A stretch of 64,000 nucleotides of DNA from Armatimonadota bacterium (GTDB lineage Bacteria; Armatimonadota; SYMT01). The position numbers and the translations under genes were made by a program. The notes below the pieces were generated by a model. The model was not told the origin of the DNA, did not search any database, and saw nothing but the letters and a program-made list of their open reading frames with translations. Numbering within the stretch: position 1 is the first letter of the stretch; the number at the start of each line of letters is the position of its first letter. Location: positions 576,001 through 640,000 of the forward strand of contig JAWLHY010000001.1 in assembly GCA_041690135.1 (NCBI GenBank), in the 5' to 3' direction. Shown here piece by piece: positions 1 through 11,100 of the stretch.

Positions 1-1915
1 CAATCAGGAAGTCAGGGCACAGGCCATTCCAAGCCGCTTGATAGGAGACAGCCACCTCTCGCTGGAGCGGCTCGCTTCGGAAGCGGCAAGTAAAGGGTCT
101 TCCATGTCGCCCTACTGCGTAGCGGATGACTTCCTTCCGCCAATCCCCGTCAATCCCAAGGAACTGGTAGTCATTGAGGAGCAGCCTGATCAGCGAGAGG
201 AGGCACCAACGCTCGTAAACCACGGGTAGAGCTTCGACGCCTCGTGGAGTGGCCGTGAATACCTCGTCCAACAAAGCCTCGTTGATACCGCCCTGTGCGA
301 CTAACTCTCGGTAGCTAGAAAGGACCGATCTGTATTCGTCCTGCTGTGTGAAGACGACGGACATAGGGGGCTGCGGGTCGGCTGCGATCCCCTTATCTTC
401 AAGTCGGTTGACTTGTTTACTAAGAGCCGCGCATACATCACGGAGGGGCGGTAGATACTCTTCGATGCGTTGACGACTCTGGTCCACCGCTTGACGGCGC
501 TGGAACATTGCCTCGCGCTCCTTTTGGAGTTCGCGCACCTCCCCCGCATCCAGCGGTCGAAGTCCATTGGTGCGGCGGAGGCGATCTCGCGCTGTGGTGA
601 GCACCTTAAGACGGCGAGCCAGCCGTGGTGGATGCACGTTCGCAGTCATCTTGCCGATATGAGTTACGAAGAGCGTCTCTTCAAAGGGTCCTTTCGCGGC
701 TTCTTCTGAAGAGAAGGTATACGCCACGTCCAATGTGTACTCGCCGTCAGCCGCAAAGAGGTCCGCTCGTGCCATAGACGCGGGGAACAAGAACTTCGTA
801 TCGGCGGGGAGAAAATCACCACCTTCCCGATCTCGGCATGCGGCACAGACGAGCAAGCCCTGGTTAGTTAACACGGGATTAGCGGACACACGGACGTACA
901 GTCGGCGCAGTCCACGGGGATGGCTGGCATGACACAGCCGTGCAACACGTTGCTGCCATTCGGCGAGGATGCTGTCCACGCGCTGCTGGAGCCAGTCGAT
1001 CTCCTGGTCCAATACAGCGAGATTGACCCGACGTGCTTTTTCGTCAAGAATTGCTTTCAATTCGTTGAGGCGGGATTCATGCACGCTAGCCATACGACCC
1101 AATTCCCGTTCTCGCGCCTCTGCCGCCACCATAAGCCGTTTCGTAAGAAAGAGGACGCGATCTGCGAGGAACCTAACGTAGCGGTTTTCAGAAGTACTGG
1201 GTGTTTCGCGGTAGGTCTTGCTCGTGATGGCCGCTGGATCGCCTTTCTGTGCTAGTTCTTGAAACGTGCGTGCGATAGGTCGCGCTCGGACAGGGGGCCG
1301 AGGTTCTGTAATCTGCTCCAACTCCACACGAGGTTGGTCAACGACACGGCGGATGGAAGTAATGAACCTCTTCAGGGCAGCGATTCCATCATCAGATAGT
1401 AGCCCCATGCTGTCCCATCCCGCTACTTGGGTATGGCCTTCGGCCTCAAAGATCAGGCCGAACAGGGCATCGTTGAAAGCATGGAGCAGGTCACTAAACT
1501 CGTCCTCAGAGAATCCAGGAGGATAAAGGCTTATGTCACAAATACTCTCACCCACTCGGATGAGCGCACGCCCTGCGTGACTACAGGTGGGCGCGTCGAA
1601 GTAGTACACGTCGCGCTTCTTGTCGCCGATCCACTTCCCCAGTTCGACCCACCAATGCTGCCCCGTGGCGGGGTCCTCAACTTCACGCAGGAGTTCTTCC
1701 GACCCGTCAGCGCGAACCAGCAGGGGCTGTACGGCAGACCTTACCGCGAGTTGGGCTGCTCGTCCCGCGACTTTGCTATATAGCATGACCTCCGCCCCAG
1801 TTCGGCCATTGGACTCCTCGGTCGCAAGGGGTGCTTCCCCCGCGTTGATAGACGCGATGCTCCTATCAGCGTTCCATTGGATGCTGATGAGGTGAAGGTC
1901 GAAGTCGGTAGGCAT
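1..1915 (-). CDS. McrC-like DUF2357 / PD-(D/E)XK nuclease, runs off left edge
   Basis: Absent from the ORF track, consistent with no stop in the window. Manual translation from ATG 1915 gives MPTDFDLHL...TSENRYVRF, and near the edge PVVYERWCLL and CPDFLI in the same frame. YExWC and PD motifs plus position directly after an McrB-like ATPase. Confidence 0.75.
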   Translation of the reverse strand, partial: MPTDFDLHLISIQWNADRSIASINAGEAPLATEESNGRTGAEVMLYSKVAGRAAQLAVRSAVQPLLVRADGSEELLREVEDPATGQHWWVELGKWIGDKKRDVYYFDAPTCSHAGRALIRVGESICDISLYPPGFSEDEFSDLLHAFNDALFGLIFEAEGHTQVAGWDSMGLLSDDGIAALKRFITSIRRVVDQPRVELEQITEPRPPVRARPIARTFQELAQKGDPAAITSKTYRETPSTSENRYVRFLADRVLFLTKRLMVAAEARERELGRMASVHESRLNELKAILDEKARRVNLAVLDQEIDWLQQRVDSILAEWQQRVARLCHASHPRGLRRLYVRVSANPVLTNQGLLVCAACRDREGGDFLPADTKFLFPASMARADLFAADGEYTLDVAYTFSSEEAAKGPFEETLFVTHIGKMTANVHPPRLARRLKVLTTARDRLRRTNGLRPLDAGEVRELQKEREAMFQRRQAVDQSRQRIEEYLPPLRDVCAALSKQVNRLEDKGIAADPQPPMSVVFTQQDEYRSVLSSYRELVAQGGINEALLDEVFTATPRGVEALPVVYERWCLLSLIRLLLNDYQFLGIDGDWRKEVIRYAVGRHGRPFTCRFRSEPLQREVAVSYQAAWNGLCPDFLI

Positions 1916-1937
1916 GGGCGGTCGGTCGCGGGGAAGA

Positions 1938-4106
1938 TCAGAGCCAGTAGTTGTACACGGCATCTCGGGCCACAGCGCGTGCCATGAGCCGCTCCAATAC
2001 CTCGTGCGCCTTTGGCATAGGCACCGCTCTCAAGGATGCTCCCAGAACCTTCTGGAGGTCTTGCTGAAACGCACCCAGCCACTCTCCTTTTTCCAGTTCA
2101 CCGTCTCTTGGACGAGAAGCGGGGGCGCAGTCGAGGCAGTCCTCGCCTCGAAACGCGAGCCGTGGCAGGACCTTGTGGAGCACGATGTTGTTTAGAGCAA
2201 CGCTGTCGCCCTGGGGCCGCGTTTCGCTTGTGTTCAGGTCCCGCATGAGATTGCGGTAGTGGATGGCCTGCCTGATGGCTCGTAAGCTCACATCCACGCC
2301 CAGCGGTGCAAGATACTCCTTGAGCCAGGTGGTTAGGGTGAGTGCCAGTGGATCGGCTGGATCGTAGTCGGGGTAAGGGGCGCGAGGAGCGAAGATGCGG
2401 CCGAGATCGGCTTGAACCAACGGCGACTGTCCGCGTGCCCCGTCTTCGATTGCGGTCCTTGTGCCCTCGGGCAAGTCTAACTGCTGAACTTGCCCGAGGA
2501 TGTGATCCCAGGAGTATTCGGTAGCACCTGGGAAGCGCAACACATGGGCACGATCAAGCAGCTTGGGCGACAGGTAATGCGTAGTGGAGTCGATGTTGAC
2601 AGTGCCGATGAAGCGAACGTTTGAGGGCAGCGGAAGGTCGGGTTGAATTGCCAACGCGCTCGTCACCAGTCGTCGCATCCGTGTGTGCAGCGCCAGCACC
2701 TCCTCGTTGCTGTTACTTCCCAGTAGGTTCCGAAGCCTGCTTGCTTTGTCGCTCTCGGAGAGAACCTCCAGCAGTGACTTCGCCTGCGTTTCTCCATCGG
2801 TGATCCGTTCCACCACTTCGCAGAAGTGTTGGAACTCCTCCGACGCTGCCTCCCAGATGTCTGCCGCGTAAAGGTTGATACACGGGCTGCTGTCGCGGTC
2901 CTCTAGCTTCGACAGGAAGTCGGCGAAGTAGTGCTCGATGCGGGCCAGATTCATTTCGTCCAGGCAGATGAGGTAAAGCCTGGAGGGATCGGCGGCGGCA
3001 TCTCGCAGTGCTCGGAGGAACTCCGTTTCCACGTAACCGCGCTGGATCGGATTGTAGTAGCCCAGGAGGTCGTCTGCACTCGTCCAGTTGGGCTTCACAG
3101 GCACGATGCGGGCCTCGCCTCCCAATGCTTGTGCCAGTGATCGCACTAGTTGGGTCTTTCCCGATCCAGGGGTACCTGCGAGGATCACCAGATCGTTACA
3201 CCGCAGGAGAGTGAGGAAATCTTCGATCAGGTAGCGGGGGTAGAGCAGCTTCTGCTTCTTGGACGCGAGGTAAAGCTGGACACATGACACCAGAGCAGCA
3301 AGGCTGCTGTTTAGGTCAGTGTCGAAGCGGAGTAGCGGCGCAGGCCGTTCTGACACTTGCCCGTCCCCCATGAACTGGGAGTACTGGGCCTCGGAGATCA
3401 AGGCAAAGTGGCGAAGCCAGTCTGCCCGCTTTTGAACGAACTCGCGCAGGTCCTCGATACGTGTCACGATCTGGTCTCGCTCCGTAGTAAGTTCGGATAC
3501 CCTTGTGGAGAGCACTTCCTCGCGTTCCGCGAGGGTGGCTATACTTCGTTCTGCTGCCTCTATGGTGAGCTTCGCATAGTCGAGTTGACTATTGTAGCGT
3601 GCAATCTCCTCGTCGTGGTGATTCCGCATTGCCACTAGCTCAAGGTCAATCTTCTCTGTGAGCACGTCGATTACTGAGCGTGCGATGCTGTCAGCTACTA
3701 GAAATCCACCGTCAGGCGTAGCAACAACAGCGGCAGGAGGAACTAGTGCGAGGGGGGTGATGCCTCCCCTAGCAGCCTGCAACAGGAACGGGTTGCGCCA
3801 GTTTGCACGTTCATCATCCCCGCATATCTCAAACCGAACTTGGACGTAGCGATCCTTTAACTCTTCGGGACAGGAGCCAACGAAGATGCCACGGTCGCTC
3901 AACAACGACGTTCGCCGTAGGTCGTGAGAAAACGGATATTCCAGTTTTTCCCAGTCCTGATTGCGCACGTCCGTGACATGCCACAGATCATCCTTCCAGT
4001 GGCGCAACTGACCGAACACCACGGGCTGCTCTAGTTGCCACACCTCTTTTAGAAAGCTGAGACGCTTTCGGATAGGTGCTTCCTTGGCTTCGTCTAGTGT
4101 CTGCAT
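1938..4106 (-). CDS. McrB-like AAA+ GTPase with N-terminal domain and coiled coil
   Basis: Walker A GTPGSGKT, VKPNWTSADDLLGYYNP, Walker B LDEMNLARIEHYFADFLS, McrB NxD motif GTVNIDSTT, SPKLLDRA; heptad-rich segment around aa 150-230. Confidence 0.85.
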   Translation of the reverse strand: MQTLDEAKEAPIRKRLSFLKEVWQLEQPVVFGQLRHWKDDLWHVTDVRNQDWEKLEYPFSHDLRRTSLLSDRGIFVGSCPEELKDRYVQVRFEICGDDERANWRNPFLLQAARGGITPLALVPPAAVVATPDGGFLVADSIARSVIDVLTEKIDLELVAMRNHHDEEIARYNSQLDYAKLTIEAAERSIATLAEREEVLSTRVSELTTERDQIVTRIEDLREFVQKRADWLRHFALISEAQYSQFMGDGQVSERPAPLLRFDTDLNSSLAALVSCVQLYLASKKQKLLYPRYLIEDFLTLLRCNDLVILAGTPGSGKTQLVRSLAQALGGEARIVPVKPNWTSADDLLGYYNPIQRGYVETEFLRALRDAAADPSRLYLICLDEMNLARIEHYFADFLSKLEDRDSSPCINLYAADIWEAASEEFQHFCEVVERITDGETQAKSLLEVLSESDKASRLRNLLGSNSNEEVLALHTRMRRLVTSALAIQPDLPLPSNVRFIGTVNIDSTTHYLSPKLLDRAHVLRFPGATEYSWDHILGQVQQLDLPEGTRTAIEDGARGQSPLVQADLGRIFAPRAPYPDYDPADPLALTLTTWLKEYLAPLGVDVSLRAIRQAIHYRNLMRDLNTSETRPQGDSVALNNIVLHKVLPRLAFRGEDCLDCAPASRPRDGELEKGEWLGAFQQDLQKVLGASLRAVPMPKAHEVLERLMARAVARDAVYNYWL

Positions 4107-4178
4107 GATGGAGAATGCGACCTGTTGATACTATTCACAGCACCTCCCACCCTTGTGAAGTGCGTTGGCTGGCTGCGC

Positions 4179-4740
4179 TTATACACACCGTAGGGCAGTA
4201 CTTTGCTGCACCAGGTACCACTTGAGCTTCTTCGTCAACTCCTGGGGGTTGCGGCACTCCATGAAGTCCCAGCGCCCGAGATTGCCCCAGTTGTTCACCG
4301 CTGAACACCAGCGGCGGGCGGCCTGGTGCTTGGCGCTCTCTTCGTCGCCGTGCTGTCCTTTGATCTCTAAGAGGAGAAAGGTTCCGTCGTTCAGGCACAC
4401 GATGTAGTCAGGCTCGTAGGTGCGGGCCACGCCTTCGTACTCGTAGGGGATCAGCAGGAAGGGGCGGTCGTTGCGGACGTAGTGCTTCACGAAGTCCTTC
4501 TGCTGCTCCAGGAAGAAGGCCGCGCTCTGCTCCCAGGCTGAGTCGAGAACCACGGCATCGACGTGTGAGCGCACCGTGCTGTGGACGTGACGGGTGGTGG
4601 TGAAGTCCACATCCGCCGTCGTGCCGATGGGCTTGAAGCGGTTGAGCAGCGGCAGAAGCGGCGTCTCGCCCTGGGCGTCATCGGGTTCGATGGCGTCCAG
4701 GAGCTGGCCCTTGACCCAAATCACGTAGCGGTCCAGACCT
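4179..4740 (-). pseudogene. C-terminal remnant of type III restriction enzyme Res subunit
   Basis: DSAWEQSAAFFLE, YVRND, IPYEYEG...YEPDYIV...LLEIKG...AKHQAARRWCSAVNN match the Res nuclease tail; helicase region absent. Confidence 0.75.
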
Positions 4741-4812
4741 CTCGCGGGTCCGCGCCGTTCCAGTCCACCTTGGTGCCGACGTACTGTGAGGATAGTGGTC
4801 ATTGGCAGTGTC

Positions 4813-7179
4813 TTACAGCCCCGTAGGAGGTACCATGTTTGTTCCGACAGAGGCGGTCGGAGGTGGGAAGCGCGGCGGCACGCGAGGTGCATCCGCTGGG
4901 CTAGCTGGCGGCACGTTCAGCAACTCGGTCTCGCTCAGCATTGCCACCTCCATCTCGACTCCCTCCTGCTTGAGATCGGTCCGAAGCTGCTCCACCAGTT
5001 TCACCGCCTCATCGCCGAACTTGGCGGTGGTCGCGAAGTAGAACTTCACGATGCCCAACTCGGCAGCCAGCCGGGCGGTCACCATGTCCTTCTCCTCTAG
5101 GCCCGTGCCTGCTTTGCACTCCCCAGCGTAAAGCTGTTGCTCGAAGCAAAAGAGGAAGTCGAGTTCCTTCTCCTTCGCCTCCTTGGTGAGCGAGAGGCCC
5201 GTGGTAAGGCATGAACACTTCCGGCCCTTGGTCAGGTGGTGCAGCGCCAGCAGGTTGGGGAGCACGTCTTGGTCCATCGCCCGGTTTACCAGCGTGTTTA
5301 GCCGGTATTCCCACTGGATTTCTGACCCCTTGGGCTGCTCGACCGGAAGGGGGGACTCATGTCCGCAGCCTGTGCATTGCACGCGCTCCTTGACGGCTTC
5401 TAGGGGATGCCAGTCGGGAGCACCGCAGCGCGGACAGTGAAGATAGAAGCCACGGACAAGCACAGAGGCTCGGGTGAGTTCGTCCATCAAACCGAGGAGC
5501 TTGCCCTTGTAAGGCTGTAGCTCTTGACGCTGGCTCAGTTGCCGGTAGGTCTTGGTGACGCCCTTCAATTCTGAGATCACCTCGACATCTTCGAGCACCC
5601 GCTGGATGTCCGGCAATTGCTCTTGCTTCAGTCCGAATTGCTGAGCGACCCGCTGCGCGATCTTCTTAGTGCTGCGGAGCGCCAGCAGGTCAAGCAAGAG
5701 GTATGCCTCCTTCGAGGCCAGGAGGTCCACCCGTGGCATGCCGCCTAGCAGGGTCACTAGGGCGTCTGCATACTGTCCGTCCTTCGAGAGTTGGGTCTGA
5801 TAGCCTCGCGCCTGGAAGTACTGGCGCAGGCTCTCCCACTCGTCAAGCAGGCTGATGGCGAGATAGGTAGCAGTTTCCGGGACGTGCCGGATGTTGGTGA
5901 GACCGTACTTCGAGAATCGCGCCTGCTGGTCAATCGCATTACCAACCGCCTGCGCTTTCGGATACCGGCTCCAAACATCGCATTCGATGTCTACCCCTAC
6001 CCCCGCATAGCCGCGATTTCGGAAGCTCGGCGGCGGTTGGAGCAGGACCTCGTTGGTGCCCAGCGTTAGCTCCACTCGATGAGCTACCTGCGGCTCGATG
6101 CCCTCGTAGTACTCGTAGGGAAGCCGTGGGACACTGGGGGCATAGATGAGCTTGGAAACATCCAGGTCCACATTTTGGGGTGGCTTCGGACCGCTCCACG
6201 AGTGATCGGACGCCTTGGCACCCTTGGGATGGCGCTTGAAGAGACGGCACTTACCAAGGGCGGCGGCGAGTTGATCCTCCTTTTCATCCGACCAAGCGGT
6301 AGCGATGATGTGAACGTCAGCGTGCAGGTTAGGGTAGAGGATGTTCTGCTGGATAAACCGGCCCAATGACCTGATGCACGCTCGGTCGGCAAGAAGTTCC
6401 GCAGGCACCAGGAAGGTGCGTCGCCCCAGGTCCCTGTCGAACTGCGTGCTCTCGCGCAGTGAGCGGAGGTTCCAGTAGTAGCACAGGTCGAGGGGGGATT
6501 CCACCAACACGAGATTGAAGCTGTTGGTCCTCGTGCTCCCCACGACCTTGTGTGGGCGCATCCCGTAGGCGGTAAGATTCAGCACCGACCCGAACGGATC
6601 ATCGACGTACTGCGACTCCCAAAAGGCCGAACTGGTAACCGCAACCTCCCGGTCGGCAATCGTCAGGTTCTCGTCGTATGCCTCTTCCTGTCCAGGATAG
6701 ATGCTGCCGAAGAGCGCGAGTCCGAGCCACGGTTTGCCAAAGTCGTTATCAAGGGTGTATCGGCCCAAGCTCTTCGACTGCCGGTCCTCGTCGGTAAGGA
6801 CGTGAATCGGGTGCGGTGCAGGGTCAAACTCCCGAAACCAGCGCATCTGCTGGAGGTGTAGTGTCCTCCCTGGGAAGAGAGCCTGTAGGCTCGCGAGTGT
6901 GCCCTGATGAATGCCTGGAGGATTCCGGTTCCAGCCATTGAAGTCTCCGACGAAGCCATCGGGATCGGCAAGACGTAGCAGGTGCGCGAAGAACGAGTGG
7001 ATGCTGCCATCCCGCTGGACCGGAACGAGGATGGTCCTGAGGCCGCCCCACTGCGTGCAAACGAACCGCAGAATCTGCGTGAGCGCGTCCGCATCTTCCT
7101 CATGGAAGAAGTACGCGAACTTCGCAGGCCGTAGGTTGACCTTCAGCTTGTAGGCATCATCTAGTGCGGTCGGAACCAT
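4813..7179 (-). CDS. Large hypothetical protein with C-terminal Zn ribbon and PD-(D/E)XK-like nuclease
   Basis: Long ORF; CPRC...CTGC followed by ELDFLF...AGECKAG; ATG 7179 with AGAGGAG upstream. Confidence 0.6.
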   Translation of the reverse strand: MVPTALDDAYKLKVNLRPAKFAYFFHEEDADALTQILRFVCTQWGGLRTILVPVQRDGSIHSFFAHLLRLADPDGFVGDFNGWNRNPPGIHQGTLASLQALFPGRTLHLQQMRWFREFDPAPHPIHVLTDEDRQSKSLGRYTLDNDFGKPWLGLALFGSIYPGQEEAYDENLTIADREVAVTSSAFWESQYVDDPFGSVLNLTAYGMRPHKVVGSTRTNSFNLVLVESPLDLCYYWNLRSLRESTQFDRDLGRRTFLVPAELLADRACIRSLGRFIQQNILYPNLHADVHIIATAWSDEKEDQLAAALGKCRLFKRHPKGAKASDHSWSGPKPPQNVDLDVSKLIYAPSVPRLPYEYYEGIEPQVAHRVELTLGTNEVLLQPPPSFRNRGYAGVGVDIECDVWSRYPKAQAVGNAIDQQARFSKYGLTNIRHVPETATYLAISLLDEWESLRQYFQARGYQTQLSKDGQYADALVTLLGGMPRVDLLASKEAYLLLDLLALRSTKKIAQRVAQQFGLKQEQLPDIQRVLEDVEVISELKGVTKTYRQLSQRQELQPYKGKLLGLMDELTRASVLVRGFYLHCPRCGAPDWHPLEAVKERVQCTGCGHESPLPVEQPKGSEIQWEYRLNTLVNRAMDQDVLPNLLALHHLTKGRKCSCLTTGLSLTKEAKEKELDFLFCFEQQLYAGECKAGTGLEEKDMVTARLAAELGIVKFYFATTAKFGDEAVKLVEQLRTDLKQEGVEMEVAMLSETELLNVPPASPADAPRVPPRFPPPTASVGTNMVPPTGL

Positions 7180-7404
7180 GTGCTCCTCTAACAAGCAGGC
7201 ATAATGAATCGCTGCTTGCGAACCCGGCCTTCACCCGCGCCTCCAACTCCAACTCCCGCGCCACCTTGCTCTCTTCGCTCCGCACCCGTTCACGGACGAG
7301 CAACTCCAGCACGCCCGCCTGGCTGATGCCGAGGTGCCGGGAGAGCCACGCCAGGTGGTCGAGAGCCTCCGCGCTCAGGCGGAAGTTGGTTGCTTCCTCC
7401 CCAT
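7157..7404 (-). pseudogene. Ribbon-helix-helix (CopG-like) regulator, frameshifted near start
   Basis: Manual translation TNFRLSAEALDHLAWLSRHLGISQAGVLELLVRE; ATG 7404 is one base out of frame and no in-frame start precedes the domain. Confidence 0.6.
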
Positions 7405-7420
7405 CCGTCCCCCTGCCTGA

Positions 7421-7439
7421 TGTAGCGCGTTTGTAGCGT
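7421..7439 (-). promoter_or_regulatory. Tandem CGCTACA repeat upstream of RHH gene (putative operator)
   Basis: Minus strand acgctacaaacgcgctaca; the 12-mer AAACGCGCTACA recurs at 19402-19413. Confidence 0.4.
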
Positions 7440-7582
7440 CGTGCCTCTTACCTGTCATTCGTAGACTGGCCGGTTTCCTCTGCAATCAACCGCGTGCCAA
7501 GCCTGGGCCAATCTCACGCACAAGAACTCCAGGGAGTCCCTGCCGATCTGACGTGGCCGACGGGGGGGCGTGTTGGCTTGGC

Positions 7583-7640
7583 TCCCCTGAGGAAACCCCT
7601 CCACCTAGATGGAACGATGGCATCCGGGATGGGACCCGCT
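7583..7640 (+). repeat. Dispersed island motif copy A (GAGGAAACCCC..TGGAACGAT..GATGGGACCC)
   Basis: Aligns by eye with 25132-25191; core GATGGGACCC at 7628-7637. Confidence 0.7.
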
Positions 7641-7649
7641 GTGAGCGGG

Positions 7650-8174
7650 CTAAAAGGACAGCCCGTTCTCGACAAACGACGAGATACGGTAGTACACGTC
7701 CTGGTCCCTTGGTATCATCCCGTCGAGGAAGAACATCACCAGGTCGTCTTCCTCGACATACCTGCTCAGGAGGTCCGAAACAGTCTCGTGGCGTCGGAAG
7801 CAGTACGTGTGAAGAGCACCTCGCACCAGGTCGGTGGCTTCGTCGCTCTCTTCCGACAGCGGCTCTGATCCACTCGGGAGTAGTTTTGCGGAGCGGAGGT
7901 GTGCGACCAGACCCTCCCAGGATTGTCCCGTCTCAGACCACCAGTCCAGGAACAGCGGGTCGTATTCGTAATCCCAGTAGCGGGATTCATAGACCGAGTG
8001 GATGTTCCGAAGCGTGACGAGCCAGAGGGCTACTTCTACGGGCGGCGTATCGGGCTGGATCACGGAACCAAGCTTCGGATCGTGCAGCGCGGCCCATGCC
8101 GTATCCCACCATGCGGTATTTCCTGGGTCGTCCACATTGCTGAACAGCTTGGTCCGCACCTGATCCCAATCCAT
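7650..8174 (-). CDS. Hypothetical protein (174 aa, acidic, Trp-rich)
   Basis: ORF with natural composition, 24 bp downstream of the large ATPase on the same strand. Confidence 0.6.
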   Translation of the reverse strand: MDWDQVRTKLFSNVDDPGNTAWWDTAWAALHDPKLGSVIQPDTPPVEVALWLVTLRNIHSVYESRYWDYEYDPLFLDWWSETGQSWEGLVAHLRSAKLLPSGSEPLSEESDEATDLVRGALHTYCFRRHETVSDLLSRYVEEDDLVMFFLDGMIPRDQDVYYRISSFVENGLSF

Positions 8175-8197
8175 CGTTTCCTCGCATTCTTGAACGG

Positions 8198-11100
8198 CTA
8201 TTCTGCGATCCCCTCGGCAGTTGTGGAGAGGTAGGGATACATCTCCACCTCGGCGCAGGTTGCCATCTGGGGCGTCTGAATGAGCGCGTGGCCTACGTCC
8301 AGTCCTTCGAGCTTGGACACAGTATCCGGGATGAAGTGCGGAGCCTTGAGGTATCCCGAGACCCGCTTGGAGAGCGGGTAGTTGGTTCGGAAGATCACCT
8401 TAGTGCCTGCGTTATCCAGCACCTCGGGACGAAAGTCTTGCATGTTTTGGCTGGCGACCACGACGGCTATCCCGAACTTCCGTCCTTCCTTCATCAGCTT
8501 GGGGAGCGTTGTATCTTTCGCCAGACGGTGAGCCTCATCGAGAACGATCAATAGCCTCAGCCGATCTGTCTCACCCCAAAGGAACATGTCCTTGTAGAGC
8601 TTGCGAAGGACGAACGCCCCCGCCGCCATCTGCATCGTCTCGATCCCCACGCGGTGCAGATCGATGACAGTGGTTTGAAGTCGTGAGGGATGGAACGCCA
8701 GGGTCTCTGCTGCATCCTCGCGGAACATGTCGAACTCGAAGAGCATGCGGCAGCGGGCGACGGTATTCTTGATCCCACGACGCTCGTTCTCTAACTCCTT
8801 GAGCCGGGTGAAGACTTCCGCCATCGTTGGTGGCGTCAGGTCTGAGTCTCGATCCCCATCGCTCTCATAGCCCGCTCGCTGGTAGCAGTCACGGATCGCT
8901 TCATACACGAGGTCTCGCTGCATATCGCCGAGACCAAACACGTATTCGATGATCTCGCCGACCTGGAAAGCATTGGTCCGCCACTGGTTCGTGCCTCCGC
9001 CTTGCCCGGCACTCGCCTCGAACGGTGAGAAGGGCAGACCCTGTGATACATCCAAGACCAGGGGCTTTGCTGCCTTCGCAAAGGGGGTGTCTCCCTGACC
9101 GAACTGCCCGTGAAAGTCGAAGATCAGCGCGGGAATACCCCGTCGGGTGACTTCGGACAGCAAGCGCAGGACGGCCCAACTCTTCCCCTGTCCAGGAATG
9201 CCCAGCACAAAGAGGTGGGAACTCCCAGAGACGGAGCCGGTCCAGGAGACTTCGGCATCTGAATGGACGCTCCTTCCCAACGGAATGACCAGTTTGGAGG
9301 GGCCGTCGGTTCTCCGCTCATCCGGCTCGCGGGAGGGTTCCGCTGACTCGACCTCTACTGCCTCCTCAACCTCGGGAGCATCTTCAGCAGGTTGCGGCAT
9401 GGTCGGGGTGTCCAGTACAGCGGTGGAGACTCGCGCCTCAGTGGCAGCCCGCCCTTCACCACGCTGGTCCGCGCTGGCTTCTGCCGTTATAGGCGGCTCC
9501 TGGCTCCCTGAACCGCTCTGGCTTGGTCTGACACTGGGGCGAAAGCTGGTGTCCCGCTCCACCTCGATCCCCGTCAGCACCGTGATCATATTGTCTCGAT
9601 GCGTGAACGGTCGGCGGCTCTGTCCATCCAGATTGACTACATAGCCGAAGAAGCGAGACGCCAGGCGAGCAAAGCCCATCTCCACGCGCCTGATGTTGCT
9701 CAGCATCTCTGCGTAGTGGCTATCATTGGTGATCCGTCCATGCCGGTAGGCACGTTCCGCGTAGAATCGCAAGATAGCCGCCAACTGGCACCTGAGGATC
9801 GGCGCATCGAAACGGGCCGGGTCGGCAAAGTAGAGACTGCGGAAGGTCTGATCCGTTCGCGCCGTCTGATCGGCGATTTGGTCCAGGAGGGGCGTGGGCA
9901 CGGGGTTGTTCCCGATCCGGTACTTGACCTCCAGATAATCGATTAACAACCGCTGGCGGGTTGGACGCACCAGGAGAAGGTCGCAACGACTCCCCGACTC
10001 GGTCACCTGGGCTTGCTTGGCATCCAGGAAAAGCCGCTTGTGCGCATCCAGGGGCACCACAATGGCGTCCTGTAGCTCGCCTTTCTGCTGGAGGTAGTTC
10101 GCGACGACCGCCAGGCTGACCGTTTCCTTGGCGAACGAGTCCTGGCCGAGATCGCTCCCGACTTCATTTCCGATGAGACGCAGCGCCAGCCGCCCCGAGA
10201 TCATCTTCAAAGTTGCCAGAAGCTCCGCGCAGCTTCTCTCGTCTCGTGCGAGGCCCAGTTCGTGCATCGCACGGGCGATCACGTCTGCAACTTCCTCCTT
10301 CCACTGCGTTGTGACCACGAGACGATGCCCCAGACCATCCAGAAACTCGGGCGTGTAGTCCAGGAGATACTGCCGGGCCTGCGAGGCGAGGTGAGTGTCA
10401 GTCGGCGTGTCGTAATACTCCACCCCGAAATGCCGGTCCACCGTGAGCACCCAGTCCGACTGCTGATGCAGAGTACTCACGATCCGCCGCTCCTCAGGAC
10501 CCACCTCCAGCCGCAGCGCGGGGACCTGGTTCGTCTGCGCCTGCCCGTCTACCAGCCTCGCCGACAAGCGCAGAAACGCTTCTTGCCCCTCCACCAGCAG
10601 GTCTGAGTAGGCTCGATTCACAGGATGCCGCTCGGCGACCTGCTCACCCTCGAACACCACCTTGCGCTCCCAGATCGCCCGGCCTTCCTCACTGAAGAAC
10701 TGCGTCTGGAAGTGTGTCAGCAGCCCGAAGATCGCTGCGCTCGTGCCGGTTGCGTAGTGGGAGCCACTCGACCCCTGCGCCTCTCCGCCGTCTCGGGCCT
10801 GGCTAACCGCGATATGTGGTTTGTAGTGGTCCAGGCACAGGGTCAGATGCACGTCTCCGCCAGGAAGGCTGTCCAGGTTCGCATCGGTCAACGTGCGGCG
10901 TGAAACCTGAACGCCAGGTCGCAGGTGCGTGCCTCTTGCCCGTAGCCCGCGACGATACCATTCTTCGGTGATCGCCTCCAGACCGGGCGCGGGGGTCTGA
11001 ACGTCGCTCTCTGTGTGGGTGATGAGATCGAGGTGGAGGGAGCTTCGTCCGTCCGTCCCAAGCGTCTCGTCGTCCGCAGTGGCTTCTGCGAGGGCGTCAT

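Noticed and set aside
38-1895. Short plus-strand ORFs in the track
   Set aside because: Explained by the unlisted minus-strand McrC-like frame running off the window.
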